Below, in pieces: positions 33,958-43,616 of a stretch of DNA of 64,000 nucleotides. A program made the position numbers and the translations under genes. The number at the start of each line of letters is the position of its first letter. Position 1 is the first letter of the stretch. Origin of the DNA: a bacterium (GTDB taxonomy: Archaea > Thermoplasmatota > E2 > JACPAO01 > JAHFTW01); contig JAZJZE010000009.1 in NCBI GenBank assembly GCA_040390065.1, positions 224,001 through 288,000 on the forward strand. The letters run 5' to 3'. Below the pieces are notes generated by a model. That model was not told where the DNA came from. It made no database searches and was given only the letters and a program-made list of their open reading frames with translations.

Positions 33958-36609
33958 ATGTCGAAACCTGGCGACGTCGTGGAGTTCAAGTCCGGACTCT
34001 TTGCCATCGAAGCGCCGCGCAACCTCGGCATCCTGCTCGAACGGCGACGCGTGAAGGGCGTGGCCCTGGTTCGGCTGGCGACCCTGGACGGCGAGAAGGA
34101 GTGCAAGGCCGAACACTTGACGAAACGCCTCTTCCGGTCGCGTTACGAGGGCGACCTGCGGCAAACCGCCGATGTCGCGGCCCGGCTCCGGCACCTCGTG
34201 GCCCAGCACGCCGGCGGGGCGCTTGCGGAGGAACCGGAGGACGACCTCGACCGGCTTGAGGAGGCGCTGTGGGAGGCAACGTGCGACGACGGCCGGCCGG
34301 AGTGGTCCGAGCAGGACATCGCCCAAGCCCATTATGGCATGGCAAGTCCGGTGCAGTTGCGTGACGTCCGCGCTGCACTCGACCGGGACCGGCGTCCTGG
34401 GGTCGGGCGGTTCCAGCCTGCGGGACGCGGCGACCTGTGGCGGCCGTGGCGCCGAAGCGAAGCGGATGCGATGCGCAAGGCCTCGCAGGAATTGGCGACG
34501 CTGCGGCGGAGCCTGATCCACACCGAGGAAACGGAGCTTGGCAAGACGTTCACGGCCGTCGCCATGGATGCCGCGGCGCTTCCCAGCGACCTTGCCGCAA
34601 CGTTGGCGTGGGTGCGCCGCGCGATGGAGCAGTTCGTGGACTGGGACGGGATTCCGCATGGCGAGCCCGTGGCGGGAATCGGCGGCCTCGGCGCCGTCGA
34701 CGCGTTTGGCATGGACCTCCACCGGCAACTTGGTTTTCTGGCCCAGGACTGGATCCAGAGCGAGCACACGAGCCGCTCCAGCGACTACATCCATTTCCTC
34801 CTGGGCACCCGCCTCTGGGGCCCCCAGGATGCCGTCGACGCTCTGATCCGGCGCCACGTCAACCAGGAGGAGTTCTTCGAGCACGTCGCGGATGCCCGCG
34901 CCGAGGACGCCGCTGCCGCGCATCCCGAACCCGACTTGGCAATGGACCCGGCCCGCACGGACCTGAGGCACTTGCCCTGCTACACGATCGATCCCCCCGA
35001 TGCGAAGGACTTCGACGACGCCGCCGGGCTGGAGCCCTTGCCGGCGCCAGGCCACGTCCGCCTGTGGGTGCACGTCGCCGACGTCAGCCATTACGTGACG
35101 CCGGACTCGACGCTTGACCGCCACGCCAAGAAGCGCGCGACATCCGTCTATCTGCCCGGCCGCGTGCTGCCGATGCTGCCACACCGCCTCAGCGACCATC
35201 TTTGTTCGCTGCGCAGCGACGGCGACCGCTTCGCGCTCAGCGTTGGCATGGACGTCGACGGCGATGGCCACATCGTGGCGCGGCAGTTCCGCAAGGCGGC
35301 CATCCGCGTCACCGAGAACCTCGCGTACGGGCAAGCGTTGGCGCGCGCAAAGGCCGGCGAAGAACCGTTTGCCGGCCTCTTGGCCCTGGCGGCTCGCATG
35401 CGGCGGCATCGCGGCGGCCTGGAACTCGAGACCGGGGAACTGAAGGTGCTCCTCGGCGCCACAGGCTTCTCCGCCTTGGAGAAGCGGGCCGACGAGGCCA
35501 CGCGCATGATCGAGACGTTCATGGTCGCGGCCAACGAAGCCGTTGCCGAGCACCTGGCGGCGGCGGACGTCGCGCAGTTGTTCCGCTGCCACCCTTTGCC
35601 GGACCGCACCAAGGCCAGCCGGCTGGCCCACCAACTGGAGACGATGGGCATCGACGTGCAGATCGACCTGCCGGGCGCCAAAGCGCTGGCCGCTGGACCC
35701 GGCGAGTCCATCCTCGACCAGCTGCGGCGCGGCGGTGGCAAGCTCGAACTGTTCGGCGGCGGCATCGCAATCGCCGGCGGCGCAGCGGAAGCCCCCAAGC
35801 TGGAGGCCCCCCAGAAGGTGCCTGGCTTCGCCCAGTTGGTCCCCGAGGAGCGCGCCGCTTGGCTTGCACCGTTTCGCAAGGTGGTGGCAGCCCTCGCATC
35901 CCATCCAGATGACGCCGTGGCCGAGGTGGCGACTCTCAAGGTGCTGGCCGCGATGGGCCGCGCCTACTACACGCCAGACAACGAGGGCCACTTCGGCCTG
36001 GCCTCGACGCATTACTGCCACTTCACGAGCCCCATCCGGCGCTATCCCGACCTCGTCGTGCACCGCAACCTCAAGTGGCTGATCGACGGCCGCAGCGGCC
36101 ATGCCCCCCACACCGCCGAATCGCTTCGCGCCCTGTGCGACCATTGCAGCAACCAGGAACGCGCGGCCGACCAACTCGAACGTCGCATCAAATCAAGTTG
36201 CCTCGTGCTCGCCAGCCTCGACGAAAACCCGGACCCGCAGGCAGACGCGGCCACGGAGGCTGGGGCAGGGTCAGGCCGTGAGGCGTCGGCACGAATCACC
36301 GGCATCACCCCGGCCAGCGTGTTCGTACTGCGCGGCGACGGCATCGAGGCGCGCATCCCCGGCCGCGACTTGCCGGGGGGGCCCTACCAGGCCGACGAGT
36401 GGGAGTCCATGCTGCTCTTCCCGTCGCCCATCGACGCGGACACCGACGACAAGCGGGCCGCCGTGCAGGATGTCACGCAATGGCTCGACCCGGAATCCGG
36501 GGAACTGCGTCGGGTCCGGGCAAGGCTGGCCGACAAGGTGACCGTGCGTTTGGCGGGACGCGACGTGGCGGCGGGTCGGACGGGCGCTCAACTGCTGCGT
36601 TGGGCGTGA
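33958..36609 (+). CDS. rnr: RNB-domain 3'-5' exoribonuclease (RNase R/II family) with an atypical N-terminal region
   Basis: TIDPPDAKDFDDA, VHVADVSHYV, RATSVYLP, IETFMVAANEAVA, GHFGLA...HFTSPIRRYPDLVVHR. Confidence 0.9.
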   Translation: MSKPGDVVEFKSGLFAIEAPRNLGILLERRRVKGVALVRLATLDGEKECKAEHLTKRLFRSRYEGDLRQTADVAARLRHLVAQHAGGALAEEPEDDLDRLEEALWEATCDDGRPEWSEQDIAQAHYGMASPVQLRDVRAALDRDRRPGVGRFQPAGRGDLWRPWRRSEADAMRKASQELATLRRSLIHTEETELGKTFTAVAMDAAALPSDLAATLAWVRRAMEQFVDWDGIPHGEPVAGIGGLGAVDAFGMDLHRQLGFLAQDWIQSEHTSRSSDYIHFLLGTRLWGPQDAVDALIRRHVNQEEFFEHVADARAEDAAAAHPEPDLAMDPARTDLRHLPCYTIDPPDAKDFDDAAGLEPLPAPGHVRLWVHVADVSHYVTPDSTLDRHAKKRATSVYLPGRVLPMLPHRLSDHLCSLRSDGDRFALSVGMDVDGDGHIVARQFRKAAIRVTENLAYGQALARAKAGEEPFAGLLALAARMRRHRGGLELETGELKVLLGATGFSALEKRADEATRMIETFMVAANEAVAEHLAAADVAQLFRCHPLPDRTKASRLAHQLETMGIDVQIDLPGAKALAAGPGESILDQLRRGGGKLELFGGGIAIAGGAAEAPKLEAPQKVPGFAQLVPEERAAWLAPFRKVVAALASHPDDAVAEVATLKVLAAMGRAYYTPDNEGHFGLASTHYCHFTSPIRRYPDLVVHRNLKWLIDGRSGHAPHTAESLRALCDHCSNQERAADQLERRIKSSCLVLASLDENPDPQADAATEAGAGSGREASARITGITPASVFVLRGDGIEARIPGRDLPGGPYQADEWESMLLFPSPIDADTDDKRAAVQDVTQWLDPESGELRRVRARLADKVTVRLAGRDVAAGRTGAQLLRWA

Positions 36610-36613
36610 CGCG

Positions 36614-38083
36614 TCATACCCCGAGGCTCATGCGCACGAAGTCGCGGATGCCCGGACCCAGGCCCACCATGATGATGGCGAACTTGACGAGGCCAATCAT
36701 GGTCGGATAGCGCTGCGCGTCCTTGGGGTTCGACACGTCGATTGCGTACACGACGAGAAGACTGACGACGAGCTTGACGGGGAGGAAGCCGAAGAACGTC
36801 GGATAGTCGTGCATGGGGGCGAAGCCCGTCTGCGTCCCGGCGTCGCGCGTCCACTCGATGATTTTGCCAGAGAGGACGTGCTTCTCGTCGTAGACGCGGC
36901 CGATGTCGATGCCGATGGACGTGGCAAAACCGTCGAGCATCTGGCTGAAGACGAGGAGCATGTTGATGGGGGAGGCGAAGGCGGCCCACTTCGGGTCGCG
37001 GCCGGCCGCCTTGTCGCGTGCCGACCAGGCTCGCGCCGCCCAGGCGATGACGATGGCGACGGCCGCTGCGGCAAACGGCGCCCACAAGGCGAGGATGACG
37101 GGGTGCGTGCTGAGGCACCGGTCCGGGAAGATAAGCGGGCACGACTGGCCGGTGGCCAAGTATGGTAGCCATGGGGCCCGCATGAACTGGGCGATGTACG
37201 CGACGGACAGCAGGATCCATCCAATCGACATGAAGCCGACGAGCTCGCTCGGGTCGATGCGGCCGATGCGCCGGAAGCGCCAGGCAGCGATGGCGTACGC
37301 GATGAGGCCGAACAGGGCGACCCAGATGGGGTTCACGTAGGAGTGCACCTGGTTCCAGGTCGGCGGCAGGTACAGCAGCAGGTAGCAGACGACCGGCAAG
37401 GCCACGACGAACCAGAGCTTGGCCAGCGCGCGCTCGAGGCCGGCCTTCTCCGCGATGCCCTTCAGATAGTGGCCGATGACGAAGGTGGCAACACCCATCG
37501 CGGCAAACAACAGGTAGATGGGCGGCGTGATGAAGAAGTACTGCGTCGGCTGGCCGAACAGGTTGACGTCCTCGAGGACGTGGAAGACGGAGCCGGCGAC
37601 GACCCATCCGACGGCGCCCATGATGAGCTTCGGGCCCATGACGGTCTTCTTGCGGGCCAGCATCTGCGCCGTGCCGAGGATGCACAGGCCGAGGAGTGCG
37701 GCCCAGGTGAGCGTGTTGACGATGGTGTAGCCTGAATGGGTCGTCACGCCCTGGCCGGAACACGCGGCGGCGACGATGGAGCCGTCCGGCATCAAGCACT
37801 CGGCGGAGTGGCCGGCGGCGTCAGCGTGGATGGGGCCCCAATAGTACTGCCAGATGACTTGCCGGCCGAAGGCCTCGGGCCAGGCCTGCGATGCAATCCA
37901 GGCCATGACGGGCACTCCGATGAGGATGAGCGGGACGAGCCAGACGGGCAGGCGTTCGACGATTCCGGAGAAGCGCGACGGCCGTGGCTCCGGCGCGGGT
38001 GCGGGCGGCTGGGGCGCGACGGCCGGCTCGGCGGGGGGCGGCGCGGTCCCGGCGGATGGCTGCGTCGCGTCGGACTCGTCCAT
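36614..38083 (-). CDS. DUF63 family archaeal membrane protein
   Basis: IWQYYWGPI, GYTIVNTLTW, YFFITPPIY, QMLDGFATSIG, YDEKH, VGLGPGIRD. Confidence 0.85.
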   Translation of the reverse strand: MDESDATQPSAGTAPPPAEPAVAPQPPAPAPEPRPSRFSGIVERLPVWLVPLILIGVPVMAWIASQAWPEAFGRQVIWQYYWGPIHADAAGHSAECLMPDGSIVAAACSGQGVTTHSGYTIVNTLTWAALLGLCILGTAQMLARKKTVMGPKLIMGAVGWVVAGSVFHVLEDVNLFGQPTQYFFITPPIYLLFAAMGVATFVIGHYLKGIAEKAGLERALAKLWFVVALPVVCYLLLYLPPTWNQVHSYVNPIWVALFGLIAYAIAAWRFRRIGRIDPSELVGFMSIGWILLSVAYIAQFMRAPWLPYLATGQSCPLIFPDRCLSTHPVILALWAPFAAAAVAIVIAWAARAWSARDKAAGRDPKWAAFASPINMLLVFSQMLDGFATSIGIDIGRVYDEKHVLSGKIIEWTRDAGTQTGFAPMHDYPTFFGFLPVKLVVSLLVVYAIDVSNPKDAQRYPTMIGLVKFAIIMVGLGPGIRDFVRMSLGV

Positions 38084-38161
38084 GGTCGGGCGTGCCGACT
38101 GGGGCCGCTGTCATAACCGTGATGGGCGCGCCATCCCTAAACGGGCAAATATGGCGCCTTC

Positions 38162-39109
38162 GTGCGAACGGCCGTGAAGGGAGGCTTCGACCGCACCGAC
38201 GCGCAACTTGCCCTTCTCGTCGTCATCTGGGGGACCGCGTTCCCCATCATCCCCGTGGTCGAGCAGGCGCTCGGCCCGTTCCAGTTGACGTGGTATCGCT
38301 ACCTGCCGTTCCCCATCCTCTACGGCGCCTACCTCCTCACCCGGCGGCGCGCAATGTTTGCGACCGTGACGGGACGCGACTGGCTCGTCATGGGTGCGAT
38401 CGGCTGCGTCGGCGTCATCGGCTACCACTTCCCGCTCAACTGGGCCCTCGACCCGGCGCGCCCCGGAGCTCTGACAGGCGCCGCCGGCGCCATCATCATC
38501 GCGACAACGCCCCTCTGGACCATGCTCATCGCCGTCGTCACGGGACACGAACGCTACAATGGGCTCGCCGCGCTTGGCACGGCAATCGCCTTCGGCGGCG
38601 TCGGAGTGGTCATCGCCCTCGGGCAAGCCGACAGCAACGTCCACCTCGCAGCCGGCGCCCTCGTCGCCCTGCTGGCACCCATTTCTTGGGCCCTGTATTC
38701 CGTTTACACGAAGCCGATGATTGCGCGCTACGGTGGCATCTTCGTGACCGGCGTGACGCTGAGCATCGGCACCTTCGCGCTCCTGCCCATCGGCATCCAG
38801 TACGGCGTCGCGCCGCTTCGGGCCCTGAGCGCGGTCCAGTGGTGGGGCCTTGCGTTCCTCGCCATCCTGTCGACGGCCCTCGGCTACGCCCTCTGGAACG
38901 ACGCCCTCAAGCGCCGGACAGCAAGCGCCGTGTCGGCTTACATCTACTTCAATCCCGTCGTGGCCACCGTCGTCGCGGTGCTGTTCTTCCACGAACGGCT
39001 GACGGCGTACTTTGCCCTCGGCGGCGCCCTCGTCATCGCCGGCGTCCTCCTCGTCAACCGGGCCCGCTTGGCCGCGGCCGCCGTTGCCGCCGTCCCCGTG
39101 AAGTCTTAA
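38162..39109 (+). CDS. EamA/DMT family transporter
   Basis: IWGTAF, two 5-TM repeats, STALGYALWN, FNPVVA...FFHERLT. Confidence 0.92.
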   Translation: MRTAVKGGFDRTDAQLALLVVIWGTAFPIIPVVEQALGPFQLTWYRYLPFPILYGAYLLTRRRAMFATVTGRDWLVMGAIGCVGVIGYHFPLNWALDPARPGALTGAAGAIIIATTPLWTMLIAVVTGHERYNGLAALGTAIAFGGVGVVIALGQADSNVHLAAGALVALLAPISWALYSVYTKPMIARYGGIFVTGVTLSIGTFALLPIGIQYGVAPLRALSAVQWWGLAFLAILSTALGYALWNDALKRRTASAVSAYIYFNPVVATVVAVLFFHERLTAYFALGGALVIAGVLLVNRARLAAAAVAAVPVKS

Positions 39110-39131
39110 CGCCGGGCGGTGTGGCGGTGGC

Positions 39132-40337
39132 GTGGCGGTCCTCTCGCTCGCCGATGTCCAGAAGGCCATGCAGTCGCTGCGCGGTGTCGTGCGCCACACG
39201 CCGATGCGGCGCTCGACGACGATTGGCGACATGACCGGCTCGGAGTTCCACTTCAAGCTGGAGAACTTCCAGCTCACGGGCTCGTTCAAGGTGCGCGGCG
39301 CCATCCACAAGGTCGACAGCCTGTCCGCCGCCGACCGCAAGAAGGGCGTCGTGGCGGCCTCTGCGGGCAACCATGCGCAGGGTGTGGCGTACGCGGCACG
39401 CCGGGCGGGCGTCAAGTGCGACATCTTCATGCCCGAGGAGGCAACGCTTGCGAAGGTCATGGCGACGAAGGGCTACGGCGCGACCGTGCACCTTGCTGGC
39501 CGCGACTACCAGGACACCTTCGAGCACGCCTTGGCGTTCCAGAAGAAGGCGGGCGCCGTGTACGTGCACGCCTTCGACGACCCGCTCATCATGGCAGGCC
39601 AAGGGACGATCGGCCTCGAGATCAAGGAGGACCTGCCGAAGGTCGACACGGTCTTCGTCCCCATCGGCGGCGGCGGCCTCATCTCGGGCATCGCGACAGC
39701 CCTCAAGGGATTGGACCCGAAGGTGCGCGTGATCGGCGTGCAGGCCGCAGGCGCCAACACGATCGCCCCCAGCCTCGAGAAAGGTGTCGCCATCACCCTC
39801 GACTCCGTGGACACGATGGCGGACGGCATCGCCGTGCGCAAGGCGAACCCGACGACGCTCTCCGTCATCAAGGAGCGCGTCGACCAGGTCGTGACCGTGT
39901 CGGAGTCGGAGATCAGCGCCGCCATCCTGTTCCTGCTGGAGCGCATGAAGGTCGTGGCGGAAGGGGCGGGCGCCGTGACGCTTGCCGCGGCGATGCATGG
40001 CAAAGCCGACTTGAAGGGGCGCACCGCCTGCGCCCTCGTCTCCGGGGGCAACATCGACATGACGCTCATGTCGCGCATCATCCGCCGCGGTCTCGTCACC
40101 GAAGGCCGCATCGCCGTCTTCAGCATGACCATCAGCGACCGCCCCGGCTCGCTGGCATCGCTTCTCAACCTCATGGCGCAGCACAGGGGCTCCATCATCG
40201 ACATCCGCCACGACCGCCACCACGACGACATCAGCATCAACCGCACGGTGGTCGAGTTGCACGTCGAGACGCGCGGCCCCGAGCACATCGACGAACTGCG
40301 CCGCGCGTTGCAGGGCGCCGGGTACGACCTGCGCTAG
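39132..40337 (+). CDS. ilvA: Threonine ammonia-lyase with a C-terminal ACT domain
   Basis: KLENFQLTGSFKVRGA, ASAGNHAQGVA, PIGGGGLISG, SGGNID, DRPGSL (ACT). Confidence 0.95.
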   Translation: MAVLSLADVQKAMQSLRGVVRHTPMRRSTTIGDMTGSEFHFKLENFQLTGSFKVRGAIHKVDSLSAADRKKGVVAASAGNHAQGVAYAARRAGVKCDIFMPEEATLAKVMATKGYGATVHLAGRDYQDTFEHALAFQKKAGAVYVHAFDDPLIMAGQGTIGLEIKEDLPKVDTVFVPIGGGGLISGIATALKGLDPKVRVIGVQAAGANTIAPSLEKGVAITLDSVDTMADGIAVRKANPTTLSVIKERVDQVVTVSESEISAAILFLLERMKVVAEGAGAVTLAAAMHGKADLKGRTACALVSGGNIDMTLMSRIIRRGLVTEGRIAVFSMTISDRPGSLASLLNLMAQHRGSIIDIRHDRHHDDISINRTVVELHVETRGPEHIDELRRALQGAGYDLR

Positions 40338-40642
40338 CGCGAGATGAGGTCCCAGAGCGGCCGGATGCGCGTGAAGCGTCGCCGCGCCGCACCGATGCCA
40401 CCCGCGAGGAGCCCGACGAGCACGGCGGCAAGCAGCAGGCCCGCGGCGACCGAGACGGCCGGCTTCGTGGCGGGCGCTGCCGTGGCCAGCAGACCGAGGA
40501 GTGCGAGCATGGCGTAGCCGAACAGGACGAGGAGGTTGCCCTGTCGGGCGTGGAAACGGACCAAGCGGTCATGCGGCGCAGAGCGGGCGCACGCGATGGC
40601 GACGCCGGGGACCGGGATGTACGCCAGCCAGGCTGCCGTCAT
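40334..40642 (-). CDS. Small membrane protein (DUF4870-like)
   Basis: AWLAYIP...VRFHARQG motif and 3 TM segments. Confidence 0.7.
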   Translation of the reverse strand: MTAAWLAYIPVPGVAIACARSAPHDRLVRFHARQGNLLVLFGYAMLALLGLLATAAPATKPAVSVAAGLLLAAVLVGLLAGGIGAARRRFTRIRPLWDLISR

Positions 40643-40723
40643 CGGGGCGAGCAGGGCTTGCCGCCTTTGAAGACTGCTGGCCGCGCCGGGAAATCTTATG
40701 GGCGAGGCGCAAGTCCGGCGGCC

Positions 40724-41728
40724 ATGGACACCAAGACCCTCGAAGCCACCGCGCAGGCGCTGGTCGCCGGCACGAAGGGCATCCTCGCGGCCGACGAGTC
40801 GACGGCGACGATCGGCAAGCGCTTCCAGGCCATCGGCACCGAGTCGACGGAGTCGAGCCGCCGCGACTACCGCCACCTCCTCTTCACGACGCCGGGTGCG
40901 GGGGATTCGGTAAGCGGCGCCATCCTCTACGACGAGACGTTGCGGCAGAAGGCGTCGGACGGGACGCCCATTGTCAGCGTGCTGGCCAAGGCCGGCATCA
41001 TCCCCGGCATCAAGGTCGACACGGGCGCATACGACCTGCCCAACTTCCCGGGCGAGAAGATCACGGAAGGGCTCGACGGGCTGCGCGGGCGCCTAGCGGA
41101 GTACCACAAGATCGGGGCGCGCTTTACCAAGTGGCGCGCCGTCATCACGATTGGCGACGGCATCCCGACCGGGTACTGCATCAAGGCCAACGCGCAGGCC
41201 CTCGCACGCTACGCAGCCTTGGCGCAGGAAGCCGGACTGGTCCCCATCGTCGAGCCCGAAGTCCTCATGGACGCGGACAACACGGTCGAGCGCTGCGAAG
41301 AGGTGACGGCCGAAGCGTGGCGCGTCACGTTCAACGCCTTGCGCAAGGCCCGCGTGCACCTGCCCGGAATGCTCCTCAAGCCGAACATGGTGATTGCTGG
41401 CAAGAAGTGCCCGGTGCAGGCGCCTGCCCAAGTCGTGGCGGAGCGCACCGTCACGCTGCTGCGCGCCCATGTCCCCCCCGCCGTGCCGGGCATCGTCTTC
41501 CTGTCTGGTGGCCAGTCGCCCGAGCAGGCAACGGAACACCTGCGTCTCATGAACCGCCTTGGTCCGCACCCGTGGAAACTGTCGTTCAGCTACGGCCGCG
41601 CCCTGCAGGACCCGGCCTTGAAGGCGTGGGGCGGCAAGCCGGCAAACGTCAAAGCTGCGCAGGACGCGTTTGCCAAGGTCGCAAGGGCGAATGCGGCGGC
41701 GTGCGCGGGAAAGACCCTCGTGGCGTAG
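40724..41728 (+). CDS. fba: Class I fructose-bisphosphate aldolase (eukaryote/bacterial glycolytic type)
   Basis: KGILAADES, GIKVD, KWRAV, VPIVEPEV, LLKPNMV, FLSGGQS, SFSYGRALQ. Confidence 0.95.
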   Translation: MDTKTLEATAQALVAGTKGILAADESTATIGKRFQAIGTESTESSRRDYRHLLFTTPGAGDSVSGAILYDETLRQKASDGTPIVSVLAKAGIIPGIKVDTGAYDLPNFPGEKITEGLDGLRGRLAEYHKIGARFTKWRAVITIGDGIPTGYCIKANAQALARYAALAQEAGLVPIVEPEVLMDADNTVERCEEVTAEAWRVTFNALRKARVHLPGMLLKPNMVIAGKKCPVQAPAQVVAERTVTLLRAHVPPAVPGIVFLSGGQSPEQATEHLRLMNRLGPHPWKLSFSYGRALQDPALKAWGGKPANVKAAQDAFAKVARANAAACAGKTLVA

Positions 41729-41799
41729 GCCGCCGTCCTGCCTCGCAGACGTCGACCGGCCACGCCAGGCTCCGACCGCGGCGACGCGCACGAGGTGGC

Positions 41800-42141
41800 C
41801 GCGTGGCTGAGTGTGGGAAACCTGGGAGAACAGGAATCTCGTGAAGAGAACGGGAATGGGTTCCTGTTCTCCGTTCGTCTCCGGTTCTCCCAGGCCGCCC
41901 GTGCCTGAAAGGCCAGGAAACCGTGGAAAATGGGTGAAACGCGTTTCCGGTTTTCGGCGATTTCCTGAGCTTCCAGGCCCCCGGCGGCCCCAGCCATCGC
42001 TGCGCTCGGCTCGCCTCGCCCTCGCTCTGCGCGCTTCGCGGCGCATTCGCTCGCCCCGACCGGGGGCTGCTTCGTGTCCCTTCCATTCCTTCATGACGTC
42101 GCCGCCGTCGGAGGAACGCGGGAATGGTTCGTTGACCTGGA
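41800..42141 (+). repeat. Left arm of a 342-bp perfect inverted repeat (partner 46752-47093)
   Basis: cgcgtggctgagtgtgggaaacctgggag...gttgacctgga is the reverse complement of 46752-47093. The same shadow peptides appear at 41811(+) and 47082(-). It extends ~10 bp further inward with 2 mismatches. Confidence 0.97.
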
Positions 42142-42155
42142 CAAGCAGGTTTTCC

Positions 42156-43136
42156 CTACGGCTGGGGCGAGCTTGCCGCGACGAGGTCTGGCATCTTCGT
42201 CCGTCCGCACAGCCACGCGTACAGTGCGTCTTCGCGGTAGCCGAACGGCGAGAGAAGGGTCTCGACGTTGCGCGCGAGGAGCCGGACGTAGGCGTCGATG
42301 GAGTACGTCTCGCGCGGCGAGCCGAACCATGGCGATTGCTTGCCGAGGAGTTCCACGGGTTTGACCCGCGCATCCCAAGGGCCCGTCTGGCGCGACACGA
42401 CGTACTTGACGTATTCGCCGGGCTTGCGTTCGGTGCCGGCGTCGCGCAGGAGTCTGAGGGCCGCCTTGGTGCCCGTGTTGGCGCTGTAGTCCTCGACGCT
42501 CATGCGGGCTTGCAGCATGAGGCCCAGGTCCTCGGGGTCGACTTCGCGTCGGCGCAGGCGTCCGGCGGCCTCCTTCGCGACGGCAAGGGCGCGTGGGATG
42601 CGCAGCAGGAAACCTTTGGCGTCATCCGCTTCGGCAAAGACGTCCAGCATGCCCTGCTGCACGTCGTACAGAAACGGCGGCGTGCTGTGGCGTTGCACCT
42701 CGATGCCGCGCACTTTGAGGGTGCCGTCCTCGAACTTGCCGTAGTAGCGGTTGGGCACGCCGACTTCGCTTGAGGTGCTGTGGGTCTTCGACGGCAACAG
42801 GACGAGCCAGCGGTAGACGCCTTCCACGTCCATGGGGACGCCGACTTCCTTGGAGACGAGGTGCGACACGTGCACGGCGTCGGCGCGCGTGATGCCGGGC
42901 TTGTGCAGGAAGACGCAGTCCGTGAGCGCGTGCACCATCGTGTAGCCTTCGCGCTGCGCCACTTCGCGGGCGCGCGTCATGCCCGCTCGTCCCAAGCATT
43001 GGATGGCCTGGTGCACCTCGGCGCAGCCGAAGCGGGCGTTGCGGTAGCGGAAGTAGCCGAAGCAGACGACGCCGAGGGCTTTGTGCTCGGATTTGATCGC
43101 TTTGGCCTTGGCGACGAGGTTGGAGGCGCTCGTCAT
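42156..43136 (-). CDS. Family B DNA polymerase (PolB2 type), C-terminal part: second finger helix, palm motifs B/C, thumb
   Basis: KSEHKALGVVCFGYFRYRNARFGCAEVH (motif B), HALTDCVF (PolB2-type motif C), NRYYG, KVRGIEVQRHSTP. The ATG overlaps the RelE stop (ATGA). Confidence 0.9.
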   Translation of the reverse strand: MTSASNLVAKAKAIKSEHKALGVVCFGYFRYRNARFGCAEVHQAIQCLGRAGMTRAREVAQREGYTMVHALTDCVFLHKPGITRADAVHVSHLVSKEVGVPMDVEGVYRWLVLLPSKTHSTSSEVGVPNRYYGKFEDGTLKVRGIEVQRHSTPPFLYDVQQGMLDVFAEADDAKGFLLRIPRALAVAKEAAGRLRRREVDPEDLGLMLQARMSVEDYSANTGTKAALRLLRDAGTERKPGEYVKYVVSRQTGPWDARVKPVELLGKQSPWFGSPRETYSIDAYVRLLARNVETLLSPFGYREDALYAWLCGRTKMPDLVAASSPQP

Positions 43137-43390
43137 CGGTACACCATCGAGCGGTGGCCGAAACGGAAGAACACAATTTCGTTTTCCTGGACGGCGTACA
43201 TGCCGCGATAACGGCCGACATGGACGCGATATGCTCCTCCATGCATCTTCATGACGTCGAGGCCTGGTCGAGGACGAAACGGGTTTTCCTGGAGCATCGT
43301 GAAGGCCTTCTTGAAATGCCGCTGGACAGGGTCGGGCAGGTCATCCAACTCCAGGAGGGCCGACGGGGCGATCGTGACAACAAACGGCAT
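43133..43390 (-). CDS. RelE/ParE family toxin
   Basis: 85 aa; A.LELDDLP...F.KAF.ML.ENPF, DVMKM.G...YRVHVGRYR.MY, FRFGHRSMVYR. Confidence 0.85.
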   Translation of the reverse strand: MPFVVTIAPSALLELDDLPDPVQRHFKKAFTMLQENPFRPRPGLDVMKMHGGAYRVHVGRYRGMYAVQENEIVFFRFGHRSMVYR

Positions 43391-43391
43391 C

Positions 43392-43616
43392 CTATACGAA
43401 CTTCCCTTTCTTGCTGTCCCACGTCAAGCGCGGGCGTTCCTTCATGCGGCGGTCCATCTCCTTCCAGAACGCCTCCGTCGGGGTCTCGTCCATGAATGCG
43501 TTGAGCACGTCGTCGTACGTCTTGCCACCTACTTTGTACGACCTGAGGCGCCGGAGGGTCTCAGGCTTGACGGGGACGGAAGTGAAAGTGGTCGTGCGCA
43601 GGGGGGCCTTGGCCAT
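43392..43616 (-). CDS. Putative antitoxin (archaeal RHH/DUF7557-like)
   Basis: TSVPVKPETLRRLRSYKVGGKTYDDVLN, directly upstream of the RelE toxin. Confidence 0.8.
   Translation of the reverse strand: MAKAPLRTTTFTSVPVKPETLRRLRSYKVGGKTYDDVLNAFMDETPTEAFWKEMDRRMKERPRLTWDSKKGKFV

Noticed and set aside
41811-42773. Duplicated ORFs MWETWENRNL..., MEGTRSSP... and MAGAAGGL... at 41.6-42.1 kb and 46.8-47.1 kb as paralogous genes
   Set aside because: They are translations of the non-coding inverted repeat, are Arg/Pro-rich, and overlap real genes antisense.
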